This document shows positions 59,701-64,000 of a DNA stretch of 64,000 nucleotides, piece by piece; position 1 is the stretch's first letter; each line of letters opens with the position of its first letter. The position numbers were made by a program, and so were the translations under genes. The stretch comes from Lama guanicoe (Eukaryota). The notes under the pieces were generated by a model. That model did no database searches, was not told the origin of the DNA, and saw nothing but the letters and a program-made list of their open reading frames with translations. The stretch is from contig MU053376.1 of NCBI GenBank assembly GCA_013239625.1, forward strand, positions 582,833-646,832. Direction: 5' to 3'.

Positions 59701-60769
59701 GTGACTCTGGAGGCTCTCCCTTGGGCAGCCCAGTAGAGTGCTACTCTGTAGAAGGGCTTCAAAAACTTGGGTTGGAACCAATGCCGATACGCCAACTTCT
59801 CACACAGTTCATCGGGAAATAGGGCATTTCTTACGCCAACAAGGTTGTAACCCAGATTGCAAAGTTCAGGATCTATCCCCTCCCACCTTCATCATTGATA
59901 TGCAAAGCGGTGGGGCACCACGTTCCCTTGGCCCACAGCCTAAGCATCCCTCTCCGTGGGATGGCAAGGGTCTGGGAGGACGGTGTCCATCCTGCTGGCC
60001 ATTATGCCTGAGCATCTCTGCTTTGAATCAACATTGTATGTCATTTGTAGTGTTTATCCTTGTTCCTTACTCTGTAGATGAGTTAGAACAGAATTTTTTA
60101 AAGATAAAATGTTATATAGATGACTATGCTGCATGCAGGCTTAAAAATCAATGATGTAAGTCCACAAGGAGTTGGAGGCTTGGCATCAGAGTTTAAGAGA
60201 GACCCATAAGTTTGGTGGACTCAGAATGAGTAAGGGAAGTGACCATATGGGCTGTGACTTGGTCTGTATTTCAGGAGAGGACACGGTGCCCATCTTGCCA
60301 CCCCACCCCTGGACAACTGTGCTTAGTAATCCCATTTGAGTCCCAGGAAGAGGCAGAGCTAACGGCTGCCACCGATGTATAGACAGAGCACTTACAAGGC
60401 TAGTGGAGCAGCCAAGAGAGCCAGATGGGAGCAGACTAATTGGCCAAGGCTGACAAATTCAGAGTAGAGCTGGCCCAGGCTCATGTTTCGGAGTCTAGAG
60501 CAGCAGGGAAGGTCGAGAGAGACAGGGCATGGACCTGGATGACTATGAGAGGAGCAGGGGGAGGAGCCAAAGCATACCATACCACAGGAGCAGGTGGTTA
60601 CAGGGCTAAGTCAATTACCGAGGAGGGAAACTGATAAGGACTGAAGTCAGGGAAGAGCAGGTTGGAACGCTGCAGCTGAGGAGAACTTCTGGAAGGCTGA
60701 TGGCTTGGCCGAAGCTCCACTATCACTATCTACCTTATTTTAAAAACTAATTCTTTAAAAAAAAAAATC

Positions 60770-63700
60770 AAAGCAATGCATAGGTAGTTTTTTGTTTTTG
60801 TTTTTGTTTTTGTTTTTAATTCAATAGTACCACGGAGTCTAGAGTGAAAAAATTGCAATCCTTTCTCCCTAATTTTTGGAATTCCCACTTCCTGGAAAAA
60901 ACTGCTTACAACTCTCTTCTCTGTTTCTTCTGTTTTTTCCCCAGCCCTCTATTTCTAAATACCAGGATTATACTGCTCTTTCTTGGTTTTTCAGTTTTAG
61001 TTTTTTTGGATCCTACACCAACCTTTCCAGCATTTCCACCATACCTGTACAATCACTTCTTCCCACCCTCCCATTATAATATTGTCACCTTGTGGGTGAA
61101 ATCAATATTCAGTGTTTATGATGCTATGGTTATGGAAATGTAATTCACTGCTTATCTGGGGGATACAATGAAACTATTTTATTTGGGGGATAACTTTATG
61201 TTTTGCTGGAGTTAATTGTTGCTATATTGTTTGCTTGCTTGCTTAGTTCTCCACGTACTTATCACAGCTTCATTTCCAATTATCTAGTTGAACAATAAAA
61301 ATTACCTCAATATGTGCAAACATATTCAGTAGTTTGTTTCTTTTTTTTTCCTTCTCAAAGATTTCTCTCCTATATCCCTTTTCTTTCTGTTATTTCTAAC
61401 GTATAGCTGTCTCAGCTTGCTGCACAACTGTCATCATGAGCTTCCCTTTATCATTAATTTGAGACTTTCTTTTGCCTCTCTTGTGTTAAATTTCTTGTTT
61501 TCTGGATTCCATGTTTTCTTCTTTCTTAGTTTATTTACTCTTTTTGGCAGAATACAACTGCAAGTAGCTTCTTGTGAAAGATAAGTGGGAGGTTAATTTT
61601 TGAATTCTTGCATATCTGAAAATGTCTCTGTTTTTTACAGCTTTATTGAGATATATTTCACATACCATAAAACTCACCCACTTAAAGTGTACAGTTCAAT
61701 GGTTTTTAGTACATTCGCAGAGTTGTACAAATATCACTATTTAATGTTAGAACATTTCAACACCCCAATAAGGAAACCCTGTATACATCAACCCTGTATA
61801 GTAATCACTCACTATTTCTACTCACCCCACTTTTCCTAACTCCCTTCTCCAACCCCAGGCAGCCACTAATTTACTTCCTGTCTTTATGGATTTGCCAATT
61901 CTAGACATTTCACGTAAGTTGAACCATATCATATGTGGTATTTTGTGACTCATTTCTTTCACTTAACATAATCTTTTTCATGGTTCATCCATGTTGTGGC
62001 ATGTATCAGCACCTCATTATTTTTATTGCTAAATAATATTCTGATGTATGAATATACCATGTTTTGTTCATTCAACAGGTGATGTATATTTAGGTTGCTT
62101 CTACTTTTTAGCTATTTTGAATAATGCTACTCTAAACATTAATGTACAAGTTTTTGTGTGTGAACATATATTTCATCTTTGGTGTGAAATTGCTAGGTCA
62201 CGTAGATAACTCTATGTTTAGCATTTAGAGCAACTGCAAAACTGTTTTCCAGAGTGACTGCACCATTTTACATTCCCACCAGCAACGTATGAGGGTTCCA
62301 ATTTCTCCATATCCTCATCAATACTTGTTTTGTCTTTTAATTTAGCCATCCTAGTGAGTATGAAGTGGTAGCTCTTTATGCTTGACTTTACATTTCCCTA
62401 ATAATGATGGTAATGTCTTTTCATGTGTTTATTTACCACTTGCATATCTTCTCTGGAGGAATGTTTGTTCAAATCCTTTGCCAATTTTAAAATTGCATTA
62501 TTTGTAAGAGTTCTCTATATATCCTGGATGTATGTGATTTGCAAACATCCTTAATTCTTTGGATTATCTTTTTACTTTCTTGCTAGTGCCCTTTGCTGCA
62601 CAAAGGTTTTCAAATTTGATAAAGTCTAATTTATCTATTTTTCCTTTTGTCACTTGTTTTTAGTGTTGTATCTAAGAAACCATTACATAATCAAAGATCA
62701 CAAAAAGTTACTCCTATGCTTTCTTCTAGGAGATTTAGTTTTAGCTCTTCCATTTCAGATTCTTTTATAACCACTTTTTATTGAAATAGTTTGTTTACAA
62801 TGTTTTGTTAGTTTCAGGTGTATAGCAAAGTGATTCAGTTTTACATATATATATTATTTTTCAGATTTTTTTCCATTAAAGTTTATTACAAGACACTGAG
62901 TATAGTTCCTTGTGCCATACAGTAGGTCCTTATTGTTTATCTATTTTATATATAGTTGTGTGTACATGTTAATCCTAAACTCTTATGATCCATTTTGAGC
63001 TAATTTTCACATATGGTGTGAGGTAAGGGTCTAACTTCACTCTTTTGCATATGGATATCTAGTTTTCTCTGACTATTTGCTAAAAAAAATAACTGTTCTT
63101 TCCCTCACTGAATTGTCTTGGTACCCTTGTTGAAAATCAGCTGACACTAAATGTGAAAGTTTGTTTCTGGACTCTTGATTCTATGCCATTGATCTATATG
63201 TTAGTCCTTATGCCAGTAGTACATTGTCTTAATTAATGTACCTTTGTAGTTCATTTTAAATTGGGAAGTATAAAGTCTTCCAATTTGCTCTTCTTTTTCA
63301 ATATTGTTTTGACTATTTTGGATCTCTTGTACTTCCATGTGAATTTTAGAATCAGCTTATCAATTTTTATAAAAAGAATCTGGGACTTATGATAGTTATC
63401 GCATTGAATCTGTAGATCAGTTTGGGGACTATTGCCATCATGACAATGTTAATTCTTCCAATCTATAAACGTGGGATTCCTTTCCACTTATTTAGATCTT
63501 CAATTTATTTTTAAAATGTCGTGTAGCTTTTGGTGTACAAGTCTTGTACTTCTTTTGTTAAATTTATTCCTAGGCATTTTCTTATTTTTACTGTGATTAT
63601 AAATGGGATTGTTCCCTTAACGTCTTAATTTTTAGATTGTTCATTGTTGGTATATGGAAATGTAGCCTTTTTAATATATTGAACTTGCATCTTGACACAT

Positions 63701-64000
63701 TGATGAATTCATTTATTAATTCTACTAGTTTTTAGTAAATTTCTTAGACTTTTCTATATATAAGGTGATGTCATCTGTTAGTAGTTTTATTTCTTCCTTT
63801 CTAAGTGGATGACTTCATTCTTTTTCTTGACTATTTGACCTCATTAGACCCTCCAGTATGATGTTGAATAGAAATGATGAGAGCAGATTTCCTTGTTTTG
63901 TTCCTGATCTTAGAAGGAAAGCATCCAGTCATTCACCACTAAATATGATCTAGCTGTGGCTTTTTCATAGATGACCATTATCAGATTGAGGAGCTTTCCT
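60770..64000 (-). mobile_element. Stack of old L1 fragments (L1ME- and L1MB-like 3'UTR and ORF2), continuing beyond the window
   Basis: ACAGCTTTATTGAGATAT...; CACCATTTTACATTCCCACCAGCAACGTATGAGGGTTCC; TTGAATCTGTAGATC; GTTCCTGATCTTAGAAGGAAAGC. Confidence 0.9.
62775..62983 (-). mobile_element. Younger artiodactyl-type L1 3' end nested in older L1
   Basis: TTTTATTGAAATAG...GTTTCAGGTGTATAGCAAAGTGATTCAGTT...CCTTGTGCCATACAGTAGGTCCTTATTGTTTATC. Confidence 0.8.

Overview
Mammalian genomic DNA, very likely camelid (camel/alpaca/llama). The species call rests on eight tRNA-Ala-derived SINEs of the camelid Vic-1 type and on artiodactyl-type L1 3' tails. I find no convincing protein-coding sequence: none of the six-frame ORFs resembles a protein I recognise, and the longest lie in a GC-rich island or in repeats. 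The best-supported gene model is the 5' end of a minus-strand gene that I could not identify. It has a CpG-island promoter/first exon at about 15.6-16.8 kb (containing a 76-N assembly gap), an intron of about 16 kb, and a candidate 5'UTR exon at 125..1 that ends in ATGATG at the window edge. The remaining ~47 kb is upstream intergenic DNA, rich in old L2/MIR/L3/L1, DNA-transposon and LTR relics. Observations worth follow-up: a ~295 bp retrocopied mRNA 3' end with a target-site duplication (TSD) inside a MER58B; a 17-bp perfect inverted repeat with fading outward homology at 24.2/24.7 kb; a dense TGACAG (MEIS/TALE) cluster at 40.5-40.9 kb; three near-perfect RFX X-boxes; a Sox-Oct composite; and several nested or very short recent insertions. 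I see no evidence for a new multi-gene system. Repeat family names come from remembered consensus sequences and their boundaries are approximate.
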